A stretch of 64,000 nt of DNA from Utricularia gibba (Eukaryota > Plantae > Magnoliophyta): contig NEEC01000010.1 in NCBI GenBank assembly GCA_002189035.1, forward strand, positions 434,001 through 498,000, in the 5' to 3' direction. The translations under genes and the position numbers were made by a program. The first letter of the stretch is position 1, and the number at the start of each line of letters is the position of its first letter. The notes below the pieces were generated by a model. The model did not search any database. It had not been told where the DNA came from and saw nothing but the letters and a program-made list of their open reading frames with translations. Positions 49,250-63,172 of the stretch are shown here, piece by piece.

Positions 49250-52200
49250 TATTAGGTTGAACTTGGGACAAGTTAAGTATTGTTATATCATAATATAATA
49301 ATACATAAAATTGAAAATTAGGATTTAGAATTAATTAAACCATTTTTAAAATATTATCTTTTTTTATCTTTTGTTTAAATTGAGAGCTAAATCAATAATT
49401 TAGTCCCGACCTGCAATTAATCATGTTGTTGAGTACAACAACATTATTTTAAGTCACATCCCGAAAGTTCATTTCTATCATATTCTATTCTGACATGAGA
49501 ACGGTAAACCAAAAGTTTAAAGAGATAAAACTAAAAAGAGGAGTAATTAGGTACAATCACATTCTAAAGTGATGAAGAAAGAGATAGAAAAGAAAAAAAG
49601 GATTTTGCAAGAAAAAAAGAATGCAGGAGAGAGAGTACAGAACTCAAAAAAACCTCAAAGAATAATTGAAGAATACATTGAAGAGTAAGGAGTTCTCTCA
49701 TTGGCTTGATCAAGAAATAATAGGAGAAATATGACTCCTAGCATGGAGCATATTAAACATTTTATTTTCTCTTTTATTGAAAACTTACTTTATTTAGCAT
49801 CTGCTTGTCTTTTTTGCTTGACAATTAATACTATGAAAGTGTTTGCTATGTTTTAGTTTTATGTTTTTACCTTGTTCTTACCTTATATGAGTAGTTAAAA
49901 TGAATAAGTGATGTCTTAGGGAAGAATGGAATGAGTATTTTTTTACCTCTTAGTTTATAATTGAAATCCTCTATTATTTTTCTATTAAACCATTATAGTT
50001 ATAGGAGGGAGGGAGGGTAATATATTTATCCCCAAAATCTAACTAGAGGTATACCAAGGTTAGGTAAGAAGAGAAATTTAGGTAAACTTAAATCTCTTGT
50101 GGGAAAAAAGAAATTCATGTTCGAGAAGTGATACATCTCTAAAACCTGAATGTGTCACCTTATCTTTATTGTAATTTAAATTTGATCTATTTCACCACAT
50201 ATTTATGCTTTACTAAGCCTAACTTAGACTTAGTACCCAAGTGTAACAAATAGAATGCATTGATCTTCATATAATGTTGCGTGTCGTTTCCTTAACAAAT
50301 TTTACAAAATTTTCCTTAGTACAAGTATCGATCTCAGGAAGTTGTTTTTTTATGAAAAGTGTTTTGTAAGAAACTTCTACAAAATGTCACGGTTTTGTAA
50401 AAGGGGTTTTTGAAATACAAAAATAAAAGTTACAACCTAAGTGATGGACCTTGACTATGAGACGCAGTTCCTGGGAATGAGATTTTATCCCCTTCCTTTG
50501 TCCATCCTTGCCTCGGTTTTCACTGATTTCTTTCGAATAGCTGGTTATAGGAGCAAGGAATAGTCTACTCTCCCTTACACTCTGATTGACAAGGAGGCAC
50601 GGGAATAACCTCATGTGATTCCCCCTTGGACGATTAAGAAGACAAGAGGATTGCTTTCGATTACCTTCAAAACCGAATTGTGTGCGTGTACCCAGTTGTT
50701 GCCAATGGCCAGTGGCAGGTCCGAGGTCACAACCTATCCACTGTCGTGGTACCTAGGCCACAAACAATCCACTACTTCCCTCGAACCGGTAGGGTTGGAG
50801 TTGATGCTCTTCACCTTGATCTTCACCAAAATCCGTGAGGAGTGGCCTGCTACTCATGGAAGTATGCGAAATCCAAACTGAATTCAGCGAAGAACCGAGT
50901 GTATTGCTCAGGACTTGGAAGGAAATTTCATCTTCTCCCAGAAATTAAAGAGTTTTAGCTACAAAGGGCCATGAAAATAGAACAAAATTGGAAGCTAAGT
51001 GTTCTTCCTCATTAGAGGGGAGGAAGAACTCAAAAGTTTTATGTCTAGAAAGAAAATGGTAAAAGTTCGAAATTAAGTGTTTCAAGTTGCTTTTATATCA
51101 CTCTCCATGTGCATTAACTCCTTCTGGTCCACTTCCCATCATTCCTTCTGTCTTGCATGTGCCACCAGCTTTCCTTTGCGTGCAAGTTCGCACTCAATCA
51201 TTTTTGCAGACTCTGACATGCCGTAAGTTAGGGGCCTTGACTAGTGTCAGTCTTCTGCCTAAAATTGTTCCAAGTCACGTAGAAGGCACAACAAGTCAGA
51301 GTCTGACCTCTTGCAATACTTCTGCAACACTCCACGACAATCTCTTGACATGTCTCGATCAAAGTGCACGAAAAAAGATAGAAAATATATACAAAATAGG
51401 AAAATAAGATTTTTCTAAGGAAATACAATATTTATCAATATAAATCCTAAATTGACAACTTGACACCAGATTAATACATAATAATACCTAATAATAAACT
51501 AGAAAATGACACTTAACATACAACAAACACTTTGCTCTTTGTGATTGATTATAATTCCATTACATGCTTACATTTTCTTGCTATTTCATGGCAAATTAGG
51601 TTTATAAATTAATTTGGTATAAAAATTAACACTTTGAATGATGATGTGAAATTTTTCGTTTATAAAATTGACATTGTTGTTGGAGAGCATTGTTTAATTG
51701 TTGTGTATTATAATTGATGCATTTGTGTTCTAGTGCAGATGATTTTGATTTTAATTCTAAAATTAAGAGGGCTACTAGAAAGAGCCAAAGGAGAATGAGG
51801 GAAGTTGTCAAATTGAAAACACTCCTAGCAACAAATCAACTAAATCTGGTTATGGTAGAACAAGATCCTAGCCATCAATGAATTTGATCCAGCCATGATC
51901 AATTTTCTGTCAAAATATGATGAAAAAAATTAAAGAGAATTCGTATGTGAACTTGGATAATGTCACAGTAGTTTATACATCCTTCAAAAGTGCTGGCATG
52001 GCAGAGGATGCTATTTGCTTAAGAGCATTTCAAGTCACATTAGAAATGAGTATAAAGACATGATTTAATTCTCTGAAAACGAGAAGCATAATTTATTGGT
52101 TTGGTATGAAATAATGTTTTTAAAGAAGGATTTTCCAGCTCCTAAGGTTGAGGGAATATGAAAAGAAATTAATGATAGTGAGCAGTCAAACGAAGAATCC

Positions 52201-52330
52201 ATTCTTGAATATTGGGAACATTTTAATCATCTATCAGGATCCTGTCTATGTCATGGATTTCAAACTAGTGTATTGGTAATGAATTTTTATAATGGATTAC
52301 TTTGTGTCGATCGTGAAATGGTTGATTATT
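49250..52330 (+). mobile_element. Decayed Athila-like element: LTR, degenerate tRNA-Asp PBS (51669-51686), gag remnant (~51900-52320)
   Basis: LTR end TTTTTCGTTTATA; PBS-like TGACATTGTTGTTGGAGA; EDAICLRAF..L..EQSNEESILEYWEHF..CHG..NFYNGL gag motif. Confidence 0.7.
50275..51518 (-). mobile_element. Solo LTR B3
   Basis: Reverse complement of B2; TSD TATAA/TACAA (1 mismatch). Confidence 0.88.
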
Positions 52331-53949
52331 TTTTATGATGAGCTACTTTGTATTAATCGTACAAAAGAACATCAAATCCCATTGGATCTTCATAGTTTTA
52401 CTTGTAGCCTTCATGCCATGTTTCCAAGTAACATAAGGCTCTATTATCCTATTAACTTAAGTTTATAAAAAAATTAGATACATTTTAGTCAACATCACAT
52501 AACAACAATGTAAAACATAAGGAAAGTCTTTCGCATAACCATAGTAAAGCAAGGTGTTGACATCATGTTTAGTTTTAGTTACACAACTCGCTACACGGAC
52601 ACAAAGTTTAAATGACTCACAAAGATAGAACTTGTTTGGAAAGCTCTACTCTGAAGGACCAATCTAGGATCACAAGTGAGAAGCATCAAAATAGTCGGTA
52701 ATCAAACCTCTTCTCCTATGACCTAAATCATAGCATCTAATCCTTCCTTTCCCATTCATTTCCTAGAATACAATCAAGGCACTGAATACAATATGTAGAG
52801 TCAAGAAGCCATGTAAAGCAAGTATATAACCATTCAAAAAAAATATCACTTGGAAACATGAGGAATAAGTGATAACATTTAACATATCATGAGTCTCTTA
52901 GCTATGTAACCATTTAAATGCATGGTTGCACCCTTTAAACCTTAGTAACTTCAATCTGCCAACTTTAGAAACCATGTTTATGAGGTTCTTTTGGCTTTGG
53001 TCTCATTAAATAAGTAAAGAAATGGCAACTCCTTTACCAACCTCACATAGTTCTAGACCTTTTTTTTCTTTTCCTTTCAATTTCTCAACCTCTACCATTT
53101 GATGGGTAAAACTCTATAAGGAGTTGCCTCAAGATTGCTTGGCATAAAGGAGTTTGTATCTACACCACCTCTATAAGTCTTCTAATTCATAGAGTCAGAC
53201 TACAATTTAATCTCATGACACATCATGATATACAAATCATGATACATGTGAACACTAGATCTTATCTCATGGACTTTTTTTATTTAGAGCTTTCTTTGGA
53301 AACAAAAATCATTGAAATTCGAGCACTCAATAGAGAGTTACAAAATTTAGAAGTTGAACTTGAAAAGCAGTTTCAAGGGCTCAACATATTTGAGAGGTTA
53401 TACAAACAAACTCATAACTTCATGTTCATGTCTCCAATTTAAAAAATTCATTTTGAAAAATAATCAAAACTTAAAACGATACAAAAATCACGTTCACCAC
53501 CCCAAGAATCATAGCAATCAGTACATGAAATCACGAAACACAAAGATAGTCACATAAGCACATATTTGGACATAGAGCATAGATTAAGAATCCATCATCC
53601 CTCTCACCTTTTTCCAAATCAACTAATCCAAAGCAAAACTCTGCATATACGTCTGTACTATAAGCCAGAGAAATTCCATGATTTTGACACCACTAAAAAG
53701 GTCTCAGTAGATCGAATGCCACAGTGGTGTAAATTCTTTCTATGATATCATTGTCAGCAATTCTCTCTTTGATCTCCCACGTTTTCCTCCTTTAGAATGT
53801 TTTTCCCTTTACATGTGCTCTTTTCATAATTTGAGTAATGTTTATCCATAAGTCCTCAAAATGAAATGCATGTCATCACTTTAATAAAACACATGGCGCT
53901 TTTTAATTAGCAACTATAGAATGTTTGATTTTTGCTTGTTCTAAATGAA

Positions 53950-55080
53950 ATACATGTTATCACCAAGCGCTTTTTAATTGGGCATTGTTGCATGTTTGAT
54001 CTTTGAGTGTTCTATCAGTTCTTTCTCTCATATTTTAATCCTAGTTCTAAAACCTGACATCACTAATGTAGCCTTCAAAATATGGTCGGTTGAGGCTTTG
54101 TTAAATGGTGGTGGTCGAGAAAAGTCTCGAGAATCCTTAGAATACCAAAATGAAAAGAAATCTTCAATGAAAAAGACATCACAAGAGATGAATACATATT
54201 TTATATGCACATTTAATGACCAATAGTTTCATTATGTCATTATAAATCCCAAGAAAACTTTTGGCATATTTCTTGGAACAAATTTATCCTTGTGAGGTGT
54301 AGTATCTACAACATTGGTTAGATATCCAAAAAGACACAAGTGAAAACATTCTAGGGTTTCGTGGAAAAGATTCTCATAAGGAGTCTTCATCGAAAGAGCT
54401 AATTATGGAAGGCAATTAATCAAATAAGCTGTTGTAAGAATTGCATCTCCCTAAAAAATTTGAGGTAATCTAGAATGAAGAAGCATTGAGCAAGCTAATT
54501 GAGTAAGGTGACGATGTTTTCTTTCAACACGATCATTTTGTTGCACCAAATGACTACATGTAAAATTATGATAAATTCCTCATGTCAAAAATGTAGTAGA
54601 GTAGGTGAAATTCGCAAATTCAGTCCCATAGTAAGATCGAATTTCTCAAACAATGGCATTGGATTGATTTTTGACAATGAAATTCATAATTCTTTTAGTG
54701 ATATAAGACATGTCGAAAGAAGATAATTACAAAAAAATAGTTGAGAAATATACATGATGTTCCTAACTATAGTATCATATATACTACCTACCATATATAC
54801 TAGTGACAAATATGAGAAAATCTATATTGATGGTAATACATATCATAACATGTTCCCTACAGCCCATAATATTAGGAGTTTTGATCTTGTTTAGTATGGA
54901 AGACCAAAAGGCTAACTCCAAAGAAATCACAATTAATGCCCCACTATCTCTACATCATTATGAGAGTAAGGTCATGAACTGTTATATCTTTCCGTTCAAT
55001 TTGACACAAATTAGGGAAATGATATCATAGCATCTAACGAATGAGATGGTAACAAAGTTAGGGTAATGACATACGTCAGG
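53950..55080 (-). pseudogene. Ty1/copia integrase remnant
   Basis: QQNDRVERKHRH, DAILTTAYLINCLP and DKFVPR..VFLGF. Confidence 0.65.
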
Positions 55081-56109
55081 TAATCACCATCCCTCAAATC
55101 ACAACAATCAATAAAGACTAAGCAATTAAGGGTGAGTAAAAACTCACGATCCTTAACACTAAGAATTGTACCTTAAACCCGAAACCTTATGAGGTGGGGA
55201 TAACTAGGGCTCTTTTAAACCCCACAACCTGATACATTGTCTATGAGAAGAATTGAGTAAGTGATCCCAATGAGCTCCCCAAAATATGTAATCCATTTCA
55301 TAGCATATTGGTTCTTACCTATTATTTACTAGAATTGCAATCATTGACATTCATTTCCACCCACAAGATCTAAATATAGGATCTTCCTTTGTAGAATGAG
55401 AACTACAAATCTCTTGCCAAGATTGATTCTATATCTCGATGAACTTGTTGTTCATTACAAGTTACACCATAATGATCAAGATTGCCCAAATTTTGGTAGA
55501 TCAAGTTCAAGTAATCTCATTCGAGATGTGGTCATGCAACAACTTAGCATTAGGAAGGAAGACATATTACTCTTAAAGTCAACTTGTGGTCCTTCAACCA
55601 ACATGCTATTGCTCCCATGGGAAAAGTAATGCTAAACTTTACCTTTAGATATAGAGATTCCTATGCTCATAAGATTGTAAGTTCATAGTGGTGTAGTCTC
55701 AAATGGTCTATAACATCATCTTCTAGAGAATTGGAATCAATTCTTTTGACATGGTATTGTCTTTGGTACATAAAGATTAAATTCTCCATTTGAGCAAGAT
55801 TGCAACTCTGTATATTGATCCAGCTCAAGTAAAAACCTACAATGAAGTGTCATGTAGAGCCTCAATAGAAACCACGATACAAAATATTGAAATGACTCAA
55901 GCAAGTGCACCTAAAGAAGATATCATTGAGGAAGAATCAAACAACATGCAAGACATAAAGCCTATCAAGTATAATGAAGTCATGCTACTAGATGTAATAC
56001 CCTTGATCGAGACCCGCAGCATGGTGACTAGGATGTGGACTTGGAAAGAGATGAGAGGATTGACTCATACATGAATAAAGGCTGGTCCAAGTAAGCTTAT
56101 AGGCTAACA

Positions 56110-57365
56110 TGTCATTAGGGGTGGCCCTAACGAGCTTACAGAAGGCCCGATAGGTTTAACTAAGGTATATATAGAGAGACTAAACCCCAAGGCGAGGAAT
56201 CTAGGCATTGGAGAGGAGATGAGACAGCCATCTAAGGGAGAAGAGTAGAACCCATGCAAGGTAAGGGCTTTATATCTTAGCATGGCTTACGGTATATGAT
56301 ATAGCGAGAACTAACCTTCATAAGGATAGGATTTTGGATTATGTGATATGCATGATCTTGATAGTTATGATAAGCTCCTATAAGAATGGGCAAGGTTGAG
56401 AAGTGCACCCTTGACGAAAATGTGACAAGGCCATGAGAGAGGCCTCAGGCGCTCGTGTAGGGATGGACGGGGTGACAAGTAAGACTATCACGGAAAGGTT
56501 GTGTGTGCAAGCTCAATAGGATGTATGCCAACCATGTACCATGTGTAAGGACATTGGCACGCAATAGGATAGATGCACTTGGTGTAAGGACCATGGCACA
56601 CATGTAGGATGAGAGCTCAGGTAGGGATGGGTGGGGCTACAAGCAAGGCTATAGCGGCAACGATGAACAAGGAGGGCTTGGCGGATGGAGACCAATATAG
56701 GATACACACACATGGGCACAGGCAGAGGAGGGATAGGATGCATACAGACAGAGGCTATCGCTGAGGATGGCAGAGATGGAGGATTTATGAATAGAATAGT
56801 TCAAGGGATCATATAGAGGGAGTTTTTGCTTAGTTGGGCATAGTGTGCTTGTTTGGAGTAATATAAGAATTAGGATTGACCCATTGCACTATGTAGGTGG
56901 CAAGCATGGCAGCAAGGTAGGGGCGGTCGAGTAGAGTCTTGAGTGAATCTGGAGTCAGGCACGTAGTGTGTGGCGTTGGGTGAGTGAAGAGGGAGTATCA
57001 CTTGCTTGTTTTCCTTGCATGCTACTAGTTTTGTGTTTCCATGTTTCCTTATGGTTGTTCTGAACCATGATCACGTTTATCTAAAAAAACATGATTTTTC
57101 TGCTCATTGTATGCAATGGGGTGTGTCATGGCGAGAGGATGTGGTGAGGGGTTACTGAATGCCTTGTGCCTTGTGACTCACTATGAATAGGTCATCATGG
57201 ATTGCTACGTGTCCATGGCAGGTAGTCTGGCAAGGAGCATGCACTCAAACACATGTCGCTAGTTTGTTCCCTTCAATGAGTGGACACTCGGGGCGTGGGA
57301 GGGTGTCGGTAGTGGCCTAGCATCTAGGTTGCAGGTCGTAGGTCATTACAATTGATATCAAACCC
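56110..57365 (+). mobile_element. Gypsy (Tekay/Del-like) LTR followed by degenerate tRNA-iMet PBS
   Basis: GC-richer ~1.2-kb block ending GTCATTACA, then TGATATCAAACC (versus TGGTATCAGAGC). The 5' boundary is uncertain. Confidence 0.5.
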
Positions 57366-57869
57366 CTCGCCACCCTAGTGCTGCTAGGAGTATATCATGA
57401 TAGGATAGGATATGAGGACTAGATCGTGAACCATTTTTTTGTGAACTAAGGGAAATGAGAATGAGGTACCAGGGAATGACCAGGCAAGGATACCCAGGAA
57501 CAGCATACCTCAACTGCCCGCTATGAGAGGTTTCTCAATGCAACAATTAGCTACTACAGTGGCGGCCATCATAAGGGTAAGTGTGGATGGGAGTGGTCAG
57601 CAAGAATAGTAGTCAAGTCAATGAAAAGAGCAGAAGCTATAGAACTAACCATCTAAGTTTTATTCAAAAATGAGTGTTTTAGCATGTGTAGAATTTTGAG
57701 GACTTGCATTTCATACTCATTTCAAATGTATTTGAGGCATTTTGTCTAGTATACATTCAAATGAGATTATTAATAACAAAAAATTTGTCATTAATCTAAC
57801 TTACAACCACATCAAGTTTTTCTTTTATTAAAGATCCTTGCTCAAAAAAAATGGAGATCATGTAAGGTT

Positions 57870-58500
57870 TTCTTGAAGGTAGATATATTCAAGAGGTACA
57901 ATATTCAAGTGAGCCATCAACCTCATAATCATACCAAAACTTGGAGTTAAGTGAAAAGTGTACATCAACTTCATAAATTTGAACAAAATGTGTGAGCATC
58001 ACTCTTATCCATTGTACACATCAACGGATTGGTGGATATTGTGACACCAATACCATGCTTAGTATGATGAATGCCAGCCAAGGCTACCCTCAGATGTTCT
58101 TTAAGATCAATGATTAAAGTAAAACCACTTTTTTCTATTAGAGATCATGGTTACTATTGAATAGTTATGCCTTTGGCACAAGAATATTTGAGCCACTTAC
58201 TAGAGGATGGTCAACAAAGGGATATCATGTAAATGACATGATTGTAAAGTCAAAGGATGAGAACTTGGTGTATGTCCAACATCTAATCAATTGATTCATT
58301 ACTCTATGAGAGTATGGATTGAAGCTTAAATCATCCAAATGTTGCTCTAGGTTAGGAGTAACAAGTTCTTGGGTTATTATATCTCCACAAAGGTATTGAG
58401 GCCAACCTATTTAAAATTAATGACATCCTTGAGATACAACTCACAAGACTCAACAAGAGGTACAAGTCCTAACTAGGATGTCAGCCGTTTTTTATGTCAT
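57870..58500 (+). pseudogene. Tat-lineage reverse transcriptase remnant
   Basis: RYIQEVQYS, IPKLG, SYPL, LSMMNASQGY, VMP, VNDMIVKS, KFLGY and GIEAN, with many lesions. Confidence 0.75.
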
Positions 58501-59230
58501 TTTCCAAAAACATTTAATTAAAAAAACGTAAAACACAATTAAGTGTAGCATGAGTGTTGATCATAGACAGTTAAGTTTTTATGAAAGATGTTTTATACTC
58601 ACATTAAAAACTATCATGAGTTTTGTAAGAGGGGGTTTTAAATTCTGAAATAGAAAACAAAACTTACATAATGGATCTTCATTAGAGAAGCTCTTCTTGG
58701 GAAAAAAGAATCTGTTTTCTTTTTGTCTCCTATTGCCTCGACTTTCATAGGTTTCTTACATATAACTTGCTATAGGATCAAAGTATAACCAACTCTCTTC
58801 CTTACACTTTCTTACAAGGAGGATAAGAATTTTATGTTGTTCTCCCTTAAAAGATTGAGAGGACAAGAGGTTTGTTATCAATTGCCTTAAAAACATAATT
58901 CTATGCGTGTCCTCAATTGTTGTCAATGACCAATGGTCCAAGTTCTTCACTACCTATCCATTAATGAAATTCTATCTCTCTCGAGTCAATAGGATAGGAG
59001 ATGATTCTCTTTACCTTTCTCTGCATCAAAATTTGTGAGTAGTGCTTGGCTGCTCATGGACCAAGACTCGAAGACAATACACAAAGATTGTATTTCCTAG
59101 GGAAGTTCAAAATATCTTTGTAATGCTTAACTGCTCAAAATATATGAAATTCAGAAGAAATCCAATGAATAATAGGAAAGTTATTTTCAAGACATTGAAG
59201 AAAACTTCATAAATTCCTAGATATTAAAAA
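58500..59230 (-). mobile_element. Degenerate family-B LTR fragment
   Basis: Similarity to 50275-50900. Confidence 0.5.
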
Positions 59231-59233
59231 CAT

Positions 59234-61150
59234 CTAGTCACGAATGAACATCACAACATATAAGAAAAATAAAAACGAAAGGTCTTCTTCCTCCCTCAAG
59301 ATGGAGAGGAAGAATAAAAGTTGCAATTCAAAGTTCAAGTTTGAAAAGATGCCAATTGCATTTTCATAAGTAGTGTTGTATATCCATAATGCCACACTTA
59401 GTCTTAAGCTCCAATCTTGTCTATTTGGTTTCACGGTCCACTCCAATATCCTCTTCGCTTCTTGATTTGATATCTCCACCATGCCATTGTTTGAGGATGC
59501 CTGAGTGTAGAAAGGCAATGATTAACTCTATACTTGTGATAACACATATTTTTTAGTGTTTAAAGGTAGGAAAATGACTCATGTTTTGCTACAAAACTTA
59601 AATTTTATTGTGTATTTCTATATTTTTGTGACTAGTACCACCATTTGTGTTTTTTATTCCTAATCTTTGTTCTAATAGTTTTCCTAGGCAATGCGGCGTA
59701 AGTCAACAACTCAAATCCCAAGGAGCCGAAAGAGAACAGTGAAGTGGCAGAAGGTAGGGACAAAATCTGAAAAGAAAGAATACCAAAATCCAAGGAGATA
59801 AAGATTGGATTTTGGAAATGATGAGAAATGATGAGAAATGATGAAGAGTGAAAAAAAATATATGAAGGACCTTGAACAATGTGCCATAGACTTCTAGGGT
59901 GGAGATCTAGAAAAACTTACAAGAACGAAAAAGACGACCCAGAAACGGAGCTTAGATCTGAAGATTGCGTTTTGTTTCTCAAGAATATTACTCCTAGTCA
60001 AGAGTAGCCTATGACAGTTTTAGTTTCCTGCTTGAACTTTTTACATTTTGTTCTTGCTTGTTTCCTGGTTATCAAACTGTGATATGAACACAATGTGGAT
60101 GATGCTTTATGTTCTAATTTTATTTACCTTCAGCATGAGTGGCTAAACACGTAATACCTTGAGGTAGAAGGAAGTGTACATGATTATTGCTTGTTAGACT
60201 ACATTAGCTCAATAATTAGACTATTTCCTTATCAAAACTGGGTAGACCCAGAAGGGAAAAGTAATTATGTTCATCATAAGCAATCTAATTAAAGGTAGAC
60301 CAAAAGTTATAAATATCAAAGGTTTGGATAGACTTGAATCCTTGTATTGTTAAATGAATTATTATCAAGTTGGATGGTTAAGTGTAGTAATAATCATGTC
60401 ACTCCTAAAAATGTCAAAGCATTGCACCACCCCATTCTAGTTAGTAGTCGAATTTTTCTATCATTGCTTACTGCATTTTATCATGAACCTCCTTTATTCT
60501 TGGCTGAAACTTAATCTCTTATCCGTGATATAAACTAAATGATTGACTTCACATAACAAGCACATAGCTCTTTGTGCTCGACCCAAGTCTACTATGCTCA
60601 TATTTGTTGTATGATTAAAGGTGAATTAAGTTATAAATTTATTCGATACATGAATTTGCATATATACGATGTGTGCAAAGTTTTTGTTTATCAACTTGGT
60701 TCACAAAATGAGTGGCATGATCATAAATGATGAGTTTTGGATAATGAAACCATTGAAATAACATGGAAGTTAAGAAACATTGTATAGTTTTGACATCATC
60801 TCTTTCACAAGCTAGAGCTTCCACCCAAGCAGAATGTAGATTTTCCCTTTGAAATCGATGCTCATGTATCATAAATTTCATATATAATAATGCGTTGAAT
60901 GAACATTTTTTTCTGTTATCCTAAACTCCTCTTTAATAATTTGGACATCTTGCAATAATGATAAGTATCCTTGAAGATTGTAGGCTAGTAAAATCCTACT
61001 TCCAAGACTTTCTTTGCAGTGATATTCACAACTTATGAAAATGCAAAACTATAGAATGCACTTTATCTTGCAGGACACCTCTTTAAATAATCTGATCAGT
61101 ACATACTTTCCAGAGATATGGGTCATCCCAGAAGAAGGGTCTCATTTTAT
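59234..61150 (-). pseudogene. Athila-type integrase remnant, split by solo LTR A4
   Basis: WDDPYLWK, TAKKVLE.GFY*PTIFKD, WVEALA..DVKTI..YPKLII, NGMVEISNQEAKRILE..RQDWSLRL..ALW. Confidence 0.85.
59537..60693 (+). mobile_element. Solo LTR A4 (Athila-like)
   Basis: TGATAACAC...GTTTATCA; TSD ACTTG. Confidence 0.9.
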
Positions 61151-62879
61151 ATTATGGACAATTTTGGTTGTAATGTATTTTTAAAGCAATATACCTACTT
61201 CTAGTTCTCGTAGAACTTCAGATTTATCAAACATTGGTTGTGGTATCTAGTGTAATTCATTACTCTCATATTCTTCTTATTTATCATAACCCATGCCTAG
61301 GCCTATATGTCATGTGTCATGACTAACAAGAATAGCAACATTAGGACTTAAGTCAACTTAACTCTTACATAACCTAAGTTTACACATACATTGTAACATA
61401 ACTATCCTAACATGCCTGGATACTACAACCAGCCTACATATGACACATCTCATAACATAGCTAAAGATCTTAGAGCCAATAAAATGCCTCTCACACCTTG
61501 AATAACCATACTCCTACTTTGGTTGATCAACTGACCATTAGCTATTCCCTTCCACATCTACAACAACTTTAAAACATGAAGTAGTCATGCTACTATAATT
61601 TGGTAAACAATACACATGTATAAAGAAAATAAAGAGTGTTTGAGAATTGAATCTCAAAATCTATTTTTGATCAAATCCCTTGACCCTTTGGCTTAGGCAT
61701 CACCTATAGGTGTTAGAAAGTGAGTAATGTGTTGTCTAAATTGATAAGTAGTCATTAGAAGAGCCACCACCTCTAAACTCACACTATATCATGCATACAA
61801 CATGCTTTGATGTCTTTCTTGTTTGGCTTACCCCAAAAGGATGCCTCACACATGTCTAACAAAGTTAGCCTTGGATCCCATAGTTAAAACCATGTTCCTA
61901 GGAGTATGGGTTCACACTTATTTTCTAAGGTATAATCATACAGCACATAACATAAAAAACTTTGAATAGTTCTTAGGCTTCTTCTATCAAAACCCATGAT
62001 TACTATGTATATCAAATTAGCCAAAGCTCTTTTATACAAACAACCAATAGGGGGCACTTCATCTTTACATAAATTGATAAGCCTAATTCAAAAGGATATT
62101 AAAGACTCCAAACTCATTTGAAAACACATAACAACAAAATAAATATTATTTTAAGAATCCTGCATTCTACCCTATTGGCTTTTCAGAAACAATGAAAGTC
62201 AAAGAAGAAAACTACATTTTGCAAAACAGGGAACAATCCCTTCCAAAATAAAAAGGAATCACATGAGCAAGTAGATATACTTGTTCCAAAAAAAAATATA
62301 AGAAACATGTTCATTATAGCAACAATAGCATTCATTCCACTTACCGTATTCCTTTATTGTACAATACCCCTTTCTTACAGCTAGAATCAAGCACTTCCCT
62401 TACTCTCTTGTTATATCCTCTACTTCCCTTTCTCAACAACTCTACACCTTAAGGTTTCCCAAAGTACTCTCATCACCATCATTTACAAAACTACATGTGT
62501 TAGCATCCCCCCTATCCTAAAGTTACCATGTGGGTTTTCCTTTAGATAGCACTTGCAACACTACTATTGGTTGCTTTTGATACTATACATAAATTATGAC
62601 CATTTAGAGAAATAATTTGCTTAATTGTAGATGGCATATTCCTAACCTCTTAGATGATCAAATGGATTCAGAGATTGCAAACCATTACATTGTTTTGTGA
62701 GTGTGACATCATTTCTATATATTGAGTTGCAAGGATATTGATTTCTTTAGGCCAACTTTGTTTCCTTGAAGGATTACTTTATTGGAAAATCAAGATCTAA
62801 TTTGTCAAACACTTCTTGTTTGGAGGATCACATCATTATTGTTGATTTGAATAATCAAGATTCATCTTGTCCCCCTTTT

Positions 62880-63172
62880 TGTCCAAAATCTCCCTTTTTC
62901 TCTTTCTTGGATTTTGTGTGTACTCATTTTCAGACTTCTATCTAATCCTCTGCCACTTCATTGTTCATATTCGGCTCTTTGGGATTTGTGTTGCAACTTG
63001 TACTGCATTGCTCAAAGAAAACTATTAGAAGGTTGGGACTAAATAAGACTAAAATAATACAGCTACAGTACTTTTCGCAAAAATATAAAATTAGACAGTA
63101 AAACTTGATTTTTGTAGCACAATATGAGTAATTTCCATGTACTCCATTACTCAAAAATATGTGTTATCAACA
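62880..63172 (-). mobile_element. Family-A LTR terminal fragment
   Basis: Ends AAAATATGTGTTATCA; matches 3590-3758 and 33230-33318. Confidence 0.6.
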
